Below are positions 29,555 to 39,169 of a stretch of 64,000 nt of DNA, piece after piece. The DNA is from an uncultured Lachnospiraceae bacterium. Its GTDB lineage: Bacteria > Bacillota > Clostridia > Lachnospirales > Lachnospiraceae. Numbering within the stretch: the first letter of the stretch is position 1; each line of letters opens with the position of its first letter. A program made the position numbers and the translations under genes. The stretch is taken from NCBI GenBank assembly GCA_963559605.1, contig CAUWLL010000007.1:19966-83965 (forward strand), read 5' to 3'. The notes under the pieces are model-generated. The model had not been told where the DNA came from. It made no database searches and was given only the letters and a program-made list of their open reading frames with translations.

Positions 29555-30316
29555 CTATAACCGCACAGACACGCCCCTGTCTCTTAAGTATTCCTTTACT
29601 TCTTTTATCTCCAGTTCCTTAAAATGAAACAGAGATGCCGCAAGCGCCGCATCTGCTTTCCCTTCCGTCAGTGCGTCATAAAAATGTTCCGGCTTCCCTG
29701 CTCCGCCGGAAGCAATCACCGGAATCGACACCGCCTCTGCGATCGCCTTTGTCAGTTCCAGATCATAACCTGCTTTTGTGCCGTCACCGTCCATACTGGT
29801 AAGAAGGATCTCTCCTGCACCCAGACGCTCTACCTTCCTTGCCCACTCAACCGCATCCATTCCAACGTCTACGCGTCCTCCGTTTTTATAAATGTTCCAC
29901 CCCGTACCGTCTGCACGTTTCTTCGCATCAATCGCCACAACCACACACTGGCTTCCGAATTTCTCAGCCGCTTCTGTGATCAGATTGGGCGTATTAATGG
30001 CAGAGGAATTAATAGAGATCTTATCCGCACCCTCCCGGAGAAGTGCTTTGAAATCATCCACCGTACGGATACCTCCGCCTACCGTAAACGGAATAAATAC
30101 ATTCTCTGCCACCTTCCGTACCATATCTGCCACCGTTTCTCTGGCATCAGAGGTAGCCGTAATATCCAGAAATACCAGTTCGTCCGCTCCCGCTCTACCA
30201 TAGGCTTTTCCGATCTCCACCGGATCTCCTGCATCTTTTAAATCTACGAAATTCACGCCTTTTACCACACGCCCGTTGTGTACGTCCAAACACGGAATAA
30301 TCCTCTTTGTGTGCAT
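29555..30316 (-). CDS. hisF: Imidazole glycerol phosphate synthase cyclase subunit
   Basis: [37 protein letters not shown]. Confidence 0.97.
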   Translation of the reverse strand: MHTKRIIPCLDVHNGRVVKGVNFVDLKDAGDPVEIGKAYGRAGADELVFLDITATSDARETVADMVRKVAENVFIPFTVGGGIRTVDDFKALLREGADKISINSSAINTPNLITEAAEKFGSQCVVVAIDAKKRADGTGWNIYKNGGRVDVGMDAVEWARKVERLGAGEILLTSMDGDGTKAGYDLELTKAIAEAVSIPVIASGGAGKPEHFYDALTEGKADAALAASLFHFKELEIKEVKEYLRDRGVSVRL

Positions 30317-30357
30317 AACTCTCTCCTTTATACCGTAATTACTGCCATATCCTGCTC

Positions 30358-30966
30358 TTAGGACAGCTCCACAAAATTCTTTAATATCTGAAGTCCCACA
30401 TCACTGCTCTTTTCCGGGTGGAACTGACAGGCAAATACATTGTCCTGCTCTACCGAAGCATGAATGTGCGTACCATATTCTGTCGTTGCCGTTACTATCT
30501 CTTCCTCCTCCGCTTTCAGATAGTAGGAATGTACAAAATAAACGTACGGATCCGCAGGCAGGTTCCGAAACAGCCTGCCCTCTCTCGGAAACTCCAGGGA
30601 GTTCCATCCCATATGCGGAATCTTAAGCCCTGATGTCTCCGGGATACGAAGAATCTCTCCTTTTAAAATACCAAGACCTTCCACCCCCGGTGTCTCGTTA
30701 CTGCGCTCAAATAATAATTGCAGTCCCAGACAGATTCCAAGAAACGGAGTGTTCTTCTCCACTACTTTTCGTATCACTTCCTCCAGTCCGTACTGCCGAA
30801 GCTTACCCATAGCATCTCCGAAAGAACCAACTCCCGGCAAAATCACTTTATCTGCGCTGAGAATCCTCTGTGCATCTCTTGTAACCACAACGTCCTGTCC
30901 CAGATAAACCAGCGCTTTCTCCACACTTCTTATATTTCCCGCATCATAGTCGATAATCGCAATCAT
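30358..30966 (-). CDS. hisH: Imidazole glycerol phosphate synthase glutaminase subunit
   Basis: PGVGSF, GICLG, PHMGWN, QFHPEKS. Confidence 0.97.
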   Translation of the reverse strand: MIAIIDYDAGNIRSVEKALVYLGQDVVVTRDAQRILSADKVILPGVGSFGDAMGKLRQYGLEEVIRKVVEKNTPFLGICLGLQLLFERSNETPGVEGLGILKGEILRIPETSGLKIPHMGWNSLEFPREGRLFRNLPADPYVYFVHSYYLKAEEEEIVTATTEYGTHIHASVEQDNVFACQFHPEKSSDVGLQILKNFVELS

Positions 30967-31008
30967 TGTATCCGTCCTTCCATTATTTTCATCTTTCTGC
31001 TATCCTAA

Positions 31009-32481
31009 CTATACCTCAAGAGTAAACCAAAATTCAACTCCATTGTCGTAATTATTCACTCCGTACTCCTGATGAAAAGACTCCATAATCGCTTTCACAA
31101 TAGAAAGTCCGATTCCGTTTCCGCCGTACTCTCTTGTATGTGCCTTATCCACCTTATAAAACTTGTCCCAGATCCGGGGAATATCCTCCTGTGGAATCGG
31201 CGTCCCCGTATTAAACACCGTAACTTTCGCCCGCTCATCCTCTTTCGTGACCTTCACTTCCACAACCATATCACCGTCCAGATGATGAAATGCATTGCTT
31301 ACATAATTACGGATCACCTGCTCTGTTTTAAATTCATCCGCCCACACATATACCGACTCTGGCTGCCGGAAGATCACCTTCGCCTCTTTTTGCTGTGCCA
31401 GAATCTCCATACTTTGTAACACACCGCGGATAAGGCCTGTCAGATCAAACCGCTCAAACGCAATCTCATCTCCGCCAAACTCCAGTTGGTTCAAGGTCAA
31501 CAGGTTTTTCACCATCTGGTTCATCTTATCCGCTTCGTCCATAATAACGTCACAGTAAAACTCCATACTCTCCCTGTCGCATGCAACCCCGTCCTTCAAC
31601 CCTTCCGCATAGCCTTGGATCAGCGCAATAGGCGTCTTTAATTCATGAGAGACGTTCCCCATAAAATCATTGCGCATTTGCTCCAGCTTCTCTTTCTGCT
31701 CAATATCCTTCCGAAGGTTGTTGTTGGCGCTTTTCAGCTCGGAGATCGTCCTCTCCAATTTTCCGGACATCCGGTTAAAATTCGCCCCAAGCTCCCCGAT
31801 TTCATTTTGACCGCCGCTTGTATATTTCACTTCAAAATCCAGATTCGCCATCCGATCAGAAAGTACCGCAAGCTCCCGTATGGGATCGGTCAGTTTCTTA
31901 GAAAAATACCATACAAGCACTATACTTACAACAATCGCCGCACTCCCGATATAAATAAGAAAACGATTGGACAGCATAGCGCTCTCTTTGATGCTTTCCA
32001 GTGGGCTTCGAATCAGAAAATGACTTCTGTCATCCAGAATCCCCCACATCTCAATATAATCCGTCTGCGTCCACGGATCCTTTGCCTGACTGATCTGGTA
32101 CGTGTCTGTACTTTCCAATATCCTGTTGTTTTTCTGCGCCTGATTCAACAAATATCCCATCAGCTGCTTCCGAAGAACGTCCATGTCGTGAACGTTGGTA
32201 ATCACACCCATATCCTCTTCTCCATTATTATTAATGACAAGAAAAGAGAGATTATTTCTCTCCGCCATTCCCCGGAGTTCTTCCGAAATATCAGTGGAAC
32301 AGGCCGTTCCTTCTGTCATCGCCTGATTCAGGCTCTCATACATACGGATGAATTTGGTCTCTTTGTTCTTCACATAAAAGGAACTCAGATAATTCGCATT
32401 AACAACAAACAGGACAAGAAAGACACAAAGAATCAGTCCAAGGAACATTACTATCATCTGACGCTTGATCGAACGTTTCAT
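31009..32481 (-). CDS. HAMP-domain sensor histidine kinase
   Basis: Two TM, HAMP, NVSHELKTPIA, FYKVDKA, GNGIGLSI. Confidence 0.93.
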   Translation of the reverse strand: MKRSIKRQMIVMFLGLILCVFLVLFVVNANYLSSFYVKNKETKFIRMYESLNQAMTEGTACSTDISEELRGMAERNNLSFLVINNNGEEDMGVITNVHDMDVLRKQLMGYLLNQAQKNNRILESTDTYQISQAKDPWTQTDYIEMWGILDDRSHFLIRSPLESIKESAMLSNRFLIYIGSAAIVVSIVLVWYFSKKLTDPIRELAVLSDRMANLDFEVKYTSGGQNEIGELGANFNRMSGKLERTISELKSANNNLRKDIEQKEKLEQMRNDFMGNVSHELKTPIALIQGYAEGLKDGVACDRESMEFYCDVIMDEADKMNQMVKNLLTLNQLEFGGDEIAFERFDLTGLIRGVLQSMEILAQQKEAKVIFRQPESVYVWADEFKTEQVIRNYVSNAFHHLDGDMVVEVKVTKEDERAKVTVFNTGTPIPQEDIPRIWDKFYKVDKAHTREYGGNGIGLSIVKAIMESFHQEYGVNNYDNGVEFWFTLEV

Positions 32482-32484
32482 CTT

Positions 32485-33162
32485 CTATATCACCTCAAAC
32501 TTATAACCCATGCCCCAGATGGTCTTGATGTAGTTTCCCTTTTCTCCCAATTTACTTCTTAGTTTCTTCACATGGGTATCGATCGTTCTTGCATCTCCAA
32601 AATAGTCATAATTCCACACATTATTTAGAATCTTCTCTCTGGAAAGAGCAATTCCCTGATTTTCCACAAAATATGTCAGAAGTTCAAATTCTTTAAAACT
32701 CAGATCAACCGTTTCCGTTCCAATCCTTACCGTATGAGCCGCCTTATCAATGAGGATCCCTCCTGCATCCACGGACGCTTCGCTGTCCGCGCCCCTGCTT
32801 CTTCTAAGCACTGCCTCCACTCTGGCAACCAGGATCTTCGGACTGAACGGCTTGGAGATGTATTCGTCCACGCCAAGTTCAAACCCCTGCAGCTCATCCC
32901 GCTCATCCCCACGTGCCGTCAGCATGATGATCGGAACCTTGGAATTCTGTCGTACTTCCCGACACACCTGCCAGCCATCCATCTTCGGCATCATAATATC
33001 CAAAATCAAAAGGTCAATCCCCTTATTTTCATAAAAAATCTCCATCGCCTCAAGACCGTCTCCTGCCTCCAGCACATAGTATCCTGCCCGTTCCAGAAAA
33101 TCCCGGACTAATTTCCGCATTCTGCTCTCATCATCTACGATCAATATCTTCGTCTTATCCAT
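32485..33162 (-). CDS. OmpR-family response regulator
   Basis: IVDDE, DIMMP, KPFS, RTIDTHVKKLR. Confidence 0.94.
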   Translation of the reverse strand: MDKTKILIVDDESRMRKLVRDFLERAGYYVLEAGDGLEAMEIFYENKGIDLLILDIMMPKMDGWQVCREVRQNSKVPIIMLTARGDERDELQGFELGVDEYISKPFSPKILVARVEAVLRRSRGADSEASVDAGGILIDKAAHTVRIGTETVDLSFKEFELLTYFVENQGIALSREKILNNVWNYDYFGDARTIDTHVKKLRSKLGEKGNYIKTIWGMGYKFEVI

Positions 33163-33294
33163 GACCTGCCTCCACCTGAAATCTGATTCTCCTATTTTCT
33201 GCCTTTCATCTTACCAGACAAATATGTCAGAACTGTGAACACAGGGCGGTCTTAGAAGCATTTGAAAACACGGACATCTGAGAGCCTATTTTCA

Positions 33295-34452
33295 TTACAG
33301 CGACCATTGGATGTCCATGATATATGCGCCCTCCACAGACGAATCTTCCAGCATATCCAGAAGTTCCTCTTTCGTTGCTGATACAACTGCGCCATACGCC
33401 CGGATACCGTTGTCTTCAACCTCCATAAGAATAGCCTCATAATTAGATTCCTTGAATGCGATCCCCTTCTGAACAAGGTTAAATGCCTTTCCAAACTCCG
33501 GATGATCTCCCACATACCGAATAAGTGACTTCAGATGCTCTTCCAGCATCTCTGCAGTGATACGCTCCGGATATTTTCCATTCTCCTGTTGTTCCACTTC
33601 CAAATACGGATATTTCTCATGATCATAAAGCTCACTTCTGTCATATCCGGGACTAGGTGTAAATCCCCAATAGCCCTGCGGATCACCTTCCAACGCCGTC
33701 GGAACATACATATAATACGCCTCGTGCGCATCCATAAAATCAACAACTTCCTGCGCATTCTTTATAGCATCAAAGGAAACCGCCGCCTGGATCAAAAGAT
33801 TGTCCGGTAATTTTGAAATTTTATCTATCGCCTCCTCTTTTGCCAACCCACAATAATCAGAATCTCTCGTAAAAGCATTAATCGGAAGGGATGTTACGTC
33901 CCATGAGGAATCTGATGCATACAGGCGATTCCTTGTAAGCTGTAGCGGATACGTCGTTGTTTTCCCTGCATACTGGCGTAGCACTTCAATAGAATACTTT
34001 CCGTATCCTTCTTCCTGCACCCACACATCTGTCACACCTTTTTCCCCACTGAATAATTCCAAGTACGCATCCATTCCCATCACAAACTCATCCTTAACAG
34101 CTGTTATTTTCGCCCCTTCTTCATCCTTATACCTTTTTACCGGGGAATAATAAATACTATTTAAAAGAGGGGATAATCCGTAAATGATCAGCAACACAAC
34201 GACCGTTGCCAATGCAACCGCCAGCAAGACATAGTTACGGAACTTCTTTCGAACTGCGCCGGATACCCGTTTACTGAAAATATCCTCTTTCTTTTTTGGA
34301 GCTTCTTCCTCCGACAAAAATTCCTCCTCCGGCTCTATATCCATATGTTCCAACAGTACCTGCATTTTCTCCATGTCCTGTTCTATCTCTTCGGACTCTT
34401 TCCGATCCAGTTCACCCTGCAAATATTTCTTGAATTTCTCTTCATACTTCAT
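33295..34452 (-). CDS. Membrane-anchored anti-sigma factor
   Basis: Acidic N-terminus, one TM, extracellular domain; 17 nt downstream of an ECF sigma gene. Confidence 0.75.
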   Translation of the reverse strand: MKYEEKFKKYLQGELDRKESEEIEQDMEKMQVLLEHMDIEPEEEFLSEEEAPKKKEDIFSKRVSGAVRKKFRNYVLLAVALATVVVLLIIYGLSPLLNSIYYSPVKRYKDEEGAKITAVKDEFVMGMDAYLELFSGEKGVTDVWVQEEGYGKYSIEVLRQYAGKTTTYPLQLTRNRLYASDSSWDVTSLPINAFTRDSDYCGLAKEEAIDKISKLPDNLLIQAAVSFDAIKNAQEVVDFMDAHEAYYMYVPTALEGDPQGYWGFTPSPGYDRSELYDHEKYPYLEVEQQENGKYPERITAEMLEEHLKSLIRYVGDHPEFGKAFNLVQKGIAFKESNYEAILMEVEDNGIRAYGAVVSATKEELLDMLEDSSVEGAYIMDIQWSL

Positions 34453-34469
34453 AACTTCACCTTCCTCTG

Positions 34470-34961
34470 CTATATGGATTCCTGTTCCATATACTTTTTT
34501 AATTTTTTCTTCGCCCGATACAAGATCACTCTTACATTTCCATGAGAAAGCTGCAAAAGCCTGCCTACCTCCTCCTGAGACAAACCCGAAAACCAGTAAA
34601 GTATAACCGCTTCTTTTTCCATTTCACTCAAGCGAAGAATCGCCCGATATAACTGTCGGTTTCTTTCATCCTGTATCAGCCGCTCCAACACTCCCACATC
34701 TTCACATGGCTGATTCTCATCCGGTTCGTCAAATGACCGGCGACATTCTTTTCTATAGACATCTATGTAAAGATTCCTTGCCACCCGGAAAAGCCACGGC
34801 AGGATTTCTTCTTCTGATACATCTACAGAAAGAAGCGCTTTTACAAATGTCTCCTGCATCAAATCCTCTGCCAGAGCATGGTTATGGCAAAGAGAATACA
34901 GATACAAATAAACTTTTTTCGTATATTTATCATATACCTGCTGCAATATATCGTTTTCCAC
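34470..34961 (-). CDS. ECF RNA polymerase sigma factor
   Basis: AEDLMQETFVKA, WLFRVARN, region 4 (EEVGRLL...RVILYRAK); GTG start with AAGGAGG RBS. Confidence 0.93.
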   Translation of the reverse strand: MENDILQQVYDKYTKKVYLYLYSLCHNHALAEDLMQETFVKALLSVDVSEEEILPWLFRVARNLYIDVYRKECRRSFDEPDENQPCEDVGVLERLIQDERNRQLYRAILRLSEMEKEAVILYWFSGLSQEEVGRLLQLSHGNVRVILYRAKKKLKKYMEQESI

Positions 34962-34983
34962 TTTGCCACCTCCTTATATGATT

Positions 34984-35009
34984 AACGGATGAGTTTCCAA
35001 AATGTTACA
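34984..35009 (-). promoter_or_regulatory. Candidate autoregulatory ECF promoter
   Basis: TGTAAC-N16-CGTT directly upstream of the sigma gene RBS. Confidence 0.65.
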
Positions 35010-35051
35010 GGAAAGTTCAAATTATTTATCTTTCAAACCGATCATAACACA

Positions 35052-35094
35052 AAAACGAACCGGACAGAGAATCACACTCTGCCCGATTCGTTTT
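35052..35094 (-). terminator. Terminator after the MCP gene
   Basis: 18-bp stem with two G-U pairs on the minus strand, ending in TTTT. Confidence 0.75.
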
Positions 35095-35155
35095 ACACCA
35101 TTTCTATGTGTAAAATTAATCTTACTTCTATCACATAATAATATAGTTATTGCTG

Positions 35156-37132
35156 TTATACGTTCGGAAGCCGGAATTGTCCAACCAAATCGTTCAAAAG
35201 CTGTGCCTGTGAAGAAAGCTCTTCGCTGGCTGCCGCCGATTCTTCGCTGGTTGCGGAATTGGTCTGGACTACAGAAGAGATCTGATCTAATCCCTCTGTA
35301 ACCTGGGAAATCGCTGTTGCCGCCTCATCTACCATTCCTGCAACTTTCACCATATCGCCAACGGCGAGTTCTGCTAATTCTGTCGTCTTTTTCAGCGCCG
35401 CCGTCACATCATTTACAATTGCGTTTCCGTTTTCTACAGATATAATGGAATTTTCAATCAGTTCTTTTGTAGCTTTCGCTGCTTGATCTGATTTTGACGC
35501 CAGATTGCGGACTTCATCTGCCACCACGGCAAAGCCTTTGCCGGCTTCTCCTGCCCGGGCGGATTCTACTGCCGCATTCAATGCCAGAATATTTGTCTGG
35601 AAAGCAATGTCTTCTATGGTTGTGATGATCTTACTGATCTTATCGGAGGAATCGCTGATCTCTTTCATCGCAGTTATCATCTCAGTCATCATCTCATTAC
35701 TGCGTATCACTTCTCCTCCTGCTTCCTCTACGTGGTCTTTTGTAGACTCGGACGCTGTTGCCGTCTGTCTGGAACTCTGTGAGATTTCCTGGATCGTAGC
35801 CGCCAGTTCCTGTATAGAACTTGCCTGCTCTGTCGCTCCCTGCGCCAGAGACTGCGCGCCGTCCGATACCTGAGACGCTCCTGCGGAGATCTGCTCCGAA
35901 CTTGTATGGATCTGCATAAGGACATCGCTCAGTTTGTTTCGAATCTTGCGCATAGAAACCAGCATTCCCTCAAAATTACCAATATAACGCTCCGGTACTT
36001 TAGAATCTACCACAAAGTTTCCTCTTCCCATCTGATCAAGCAGATAATCCGTATCCTTCAAAATCATACCTAAGCCTTCTACAATAATTCCGGTTGACAC
36101 CACAAGATTTCCGACCTCGTCTTTGCTCTTGAACTCAGGAACCGGTGCGTCCAGATCACCTTTTGACAAAAGCTCCAGACGTTTGGCACATGCCTTGATC
36201 GGTGTTCCGATGTTTGCCGCAATCCGTATCGCGATAAGACTTGCAATAATCGCAGTTATGATGAGCAATACGATCGTCACAATGATCCCTCTCACAGACG
36301 CCCCGTTAAAATCAGAAACCGGCGCCGTGATCGCTATGCTCCATCCGTTCGTATCCGGTACTGCCGAATAGGCGGAAAATTTATCGTCTCCTCCGTAAGA
36401 GTACTCTGCAAATCCATTCTCTCCTGCAATCATATCTTTTTCGATTGCCGCCAAAGCCTTCAAGGAAGAATCTGACTTAGCGTCTTCAATAGTATTCTCC
36501 TGCTCACGGACAGCTTCTATATTCTTATGAGCAATGGTATTCCCATCTGCATCCAGCATATAAGCAGAACCGCCCTTACTCACCCGAAGACCGCCTACAA
36601 TATCATTTAAAAAGGTTTCCTTCGGCACGAAATAAACAACGCCGTCTATCTCCCCATTCATGATCCCGTCTTTCCATATAGGCGCGGAAACGATGATCGT
36701 AAGTTCCCCCGTCACCTTTGAAACAAGGGGTTCGGAAACAAAAGCTTTTCCTTCCATTGCCTCTTTAAAGTATGCACGGTCGCTGTAGTCCTTTCCGTCT
36801 ATCAGACTGTGCCCCTTTTTATCCAGAAGATTGTACCGTACGAGTTCATAAGCCTCCACCTTCTGCTGCAGAATTTCCTGTTTCTTCTCCAGCGTTGTAC
36901 TTTTCGCGGATAATATCGGCATAGCTCCTGTCTCTAACGCAACCGTTTTATACTCCTTTAGCTGGTACGATACTCTCTCCGATGCAATGGAAGCTGTCTC
37001 TGTCATACTGACCTTCAATATAGACTGCGTTCCGTTGTACCCAAGGGCACATGCAATCCCCCCTACTAATGCCAGCGAAATCGTAACAGTCAAAATCATG
37101 GATACCAAAATTTTTGACTTAATACTTTTCAT
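35156..37132 (-). CDS. Methyl-accepting chemotaxis protein with dCache-type sensor
   Basis: TM-sensor-TM-HAMP; IAFQTNILALNAAVESARAGEAGKGFAVVADEVR hairpin tip; start moved to 37132. Confidence 0.95.
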   Translation of the reverse strand: MKSIKSKILVSMILTVTISLALVGGIACALGYNGTQSILKVSMTETASIASERVSYQLKEYKTVALETGAMPILSAKSTTLEKKQEILQQKVEAYELVRYNLLDKKGHSLIDGKDYSDRAYFKEAMEGKAFVSEPLVSKVTGELTIIVSAPIWKDGIMNGEIDGVVYFVPKETFLNDIVGGLRVSKGGSAYMLDADGNTIAHKNIEAVREQENTIEDAKSDSSLKALAAIEKDMIAGENGFAEYSYGGDDKFSAYSAVPDTNGWSIAITAPVSDFNGASVRGIIVTIVLLIITAIIASLIAIRIAANIGTPIKACAKRLELLSKGDLDAPVPEFKSKDEVGNLVVSTGIIVEGLGMILKDTDYLLDQMGRGNFVVDSKVPERYIGNFEGMLVSMRKIRNKLSDVLMQIHTSSEQISAGASQVSDGAQSLAQGATEQASSIQELAATIQEISQSSRQTATASESTKDHVEEAGGEVIRSNEMMTEMITAMKEISDSSDKISKIITTIEDIAFQTNILALNAAVESARAGEAGKGFAVVADEVRNLASKSDQAAKATKELIENSIISVENGNAIVNDVTAALKKTTELAELAVGDMVKVAGMVDEAATAISQVTEGLDQISSVVQTNSATSEESAAASEELSSQAQLLNDLVGQFRLPNV

Positions 37133-37222
37133 TTGTCCCACCTCTTTCTCTCTCTTTTGTATCTTGTCTGTGTATTCTCAGATACGCTAATATACTAATA
37201 CTATTATAATACATATCCCCGA

Positions 37223-39169
37223 CTATTTACAAGTGGTGTTCTGTTCCTTTTCCTGATTTTTCCGGGCTTTTTTCTCCTCATACATCCGCTGGTCCGCCAG
37301 TCTCATAAGCAAGTGAATATCTTGCCCGTCTGTCGGGTAAACAGCCGCCCCCATGGAAAATTCCAGTGTGTACCGGATATTCCCTTGAACTTGTGCAAAG
37401 AACTTTCCTCTCTCCGCTTTCATACGCTCCATCACTGCATTTAGGTCTTTTATATTCGAAAATCCGCTTAAAAAGACAACAAATTCATCTCCCCCCAGCC
37501 GGGCACAGACAGCATTCTCTCCCGCCGACTCTTTCAGCGAATCCGCAATAAGTTTCAAGTATTTATCTCCCATATAGTGTCCGGAGCAGTCGTTGATCTT
37601 CTTCAAGTCATCCGCATCTACCATAATAACTGCATCATATCCGTCAACCACCTTGGGCGTATCCGACAGCTGTTCCATCTTCTCGTAAAATCCTCTCCGG
37701 TTATAAAGACCTGTGAGCACATCTATTTCAACCTGCTCCTTCACTTCATGGAAACCTTTCCACCAGGAAGTCATATCTGTCACATAATATATGGTGCTCT
37801 GGTCATCTATCAGCTTCTCAATATGAAGATATTTTACGACTCCGTCTTTGTCATATTCAAAGACATGACTGCTTTCATCGATAACATTTTTCTCAATCCG
37901 GATCAACAGCTCTTCCAGTAATTCAGCCGTCTCCATGGAAGGCTTCTGCTCTTGTGTATTTAAGCACAAAATATCCTTCAGCCGCTCATTTACGAAAGTC
38001 CGTTTATGAAAAATATTTTTTTCAAAGATTCCGATCGGAAGTTCTCCCCTGTCCATAAGGTAAACAAGCTTATTCCAGCTTGAATTAATACTTTGCAGCA
38101 TCTGGTTAATGTACAGCAGAAGCTCGTCAAACTCAAGAATGTTTGTCTTAACTTCAATTCTTTCTATACTTCCGCTCCTTATCTTATTCAATTCATACAT
38201 GATCACATTCAGATTTTTGATCAGCTTTTCATGCACATACCACCGTATGATAACGATAATTCCGATAGAACCCAGGATAATATACAGCAGGACCAGCGCT
38301 GAAGATTCCAGAATATCCAAAAAAATATCCGAGGATTTATATGCCCGCACCAGAATGTAATCTCCGTACATTTTCGCATAGACACAAAACATCGATCCAC
38401 CATACTTCGCATGATATTCCTTCAGTTTTCTATCCCGATAATTTATCTGCTCTTGTGGGTACATCTCTTTTCCCACTAACGTTTTTTTCGTAGAAGCTAC
38501 CGTCTGACGTGTGTTTTTATCAATGATATGTAAATAACCGTTCACCTCAAACGGCATCTTATCAACAATATTCTGTAAACTGTTCTCTTTTATTTTCTGT
38601 TGGATATGCCGCGGTTCCATACCGATCTGTACAATCCCGCTTCCGTCCTCCATCCATACGGCTGCATACTGCATCTCCTTTTGCATTGCCGTATTCGGAG
38701 CAATATCCTGACAAAGTTTTAAAGATTTATCCTGAAGCATCGGTTTAAAAAAACCGATCTGCTCTCCGGAATCAAAACTAAGCCCAAAATATTCGGGGTG
38801 TGTACCTGCAAAAATCTTTCCTTCCGGCGTAAAATAATGGATTTCATCCACTTCCAGCCTTTCTGCCAGTTCTCTTGTTATATTTATATCATATAGCGCT
38901 TCTTTATTATATGCTATATAATAAGCAACTGTATCGGCAGAGCGGATACACCTGTTTTTAAATAATTGCTTTTCGCTCTCTATATCCTTGATATTCGTCT
39001 GAATAACCTGCTTTAATTGTCCGAACATCTCCCGGGTACTTTGTAACTGGGAATTATGCTTCATATTAAATTGGATAATGATATTCACAGGGATAATCAT
39101 TATTAAAAAAAGTAATACAACCACAGTTGCCAATCGCGGCAATGTTTTTCTAATACTCTTGCTTGCCAT
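37223..39169 (-). CDS. Membrane sensor diguanylate cyclase
   Basis: DVLTGLYNR, NDCSGHYMGD, intact RLGGDEF, no RxxD I-site; two TM; start moved to 39169. Confidence 0.92.
   Translation of the reverse strand: MASKSIRKTLPRLATVVVLLFLIMIIPVNIIIQFNMKHNSQLQSTREMFGQLKQVIQTNIKDIESEKQLFKNRCIRSADTVAYYIAYNKEALYDINITRELAERLEVDEIHYFTPEGKIFAGTHPEYFGLSFDSGEQIGFFKPMLQDKSLKLCQDIAPNTAMQKEMQYAAVWMEDGSGIVQIGMEPRHIQQKIKENSLQNIVDKMPFEVNGYLHIIDKNTRQTVASTKKTLVGKEMYPQEQINYRDRKLKEYHAKYGGSMFCVYAKMYGDYILVRAYKSSDIFLDILESSALVLLYIILGSIGIIVIIRWYVHEKLIKNLNVIMYELNKIRSGSIERIEVKTNILEFDELLLYINQMLQSINSSWNKLVYLMDRGELPIGIFEKNIFHKRTFVNERLKDILCLNTQEQKPSMETAELLEELLIRIEKNVIDESSHVFEYDKDGVVKYLHIEKLIDDQSTIYYVTDMTSWWKGFHEVKEQVEIDVLTGLYNRRGFYEKMEQLSDTPKVVDGYDAVIMVDADDLKKINDCSGHYMGDKYLKLIADSLKESAGENAVCARLGGDEFVVFLSGFSNIKDLNAVMERMKAERGKFFAQVQGNIRYTLEFSMGAAVYPTDGQDIHLLMRLADQRMYEEKKARKNQEKEQNTTCK

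Noticed and set aside
37133-37235. SigD (sigma-28) promoter for the MCP
   Set aside because: No TAAA-N15-GCCGAT motif; only a SigA-like promoter is seen
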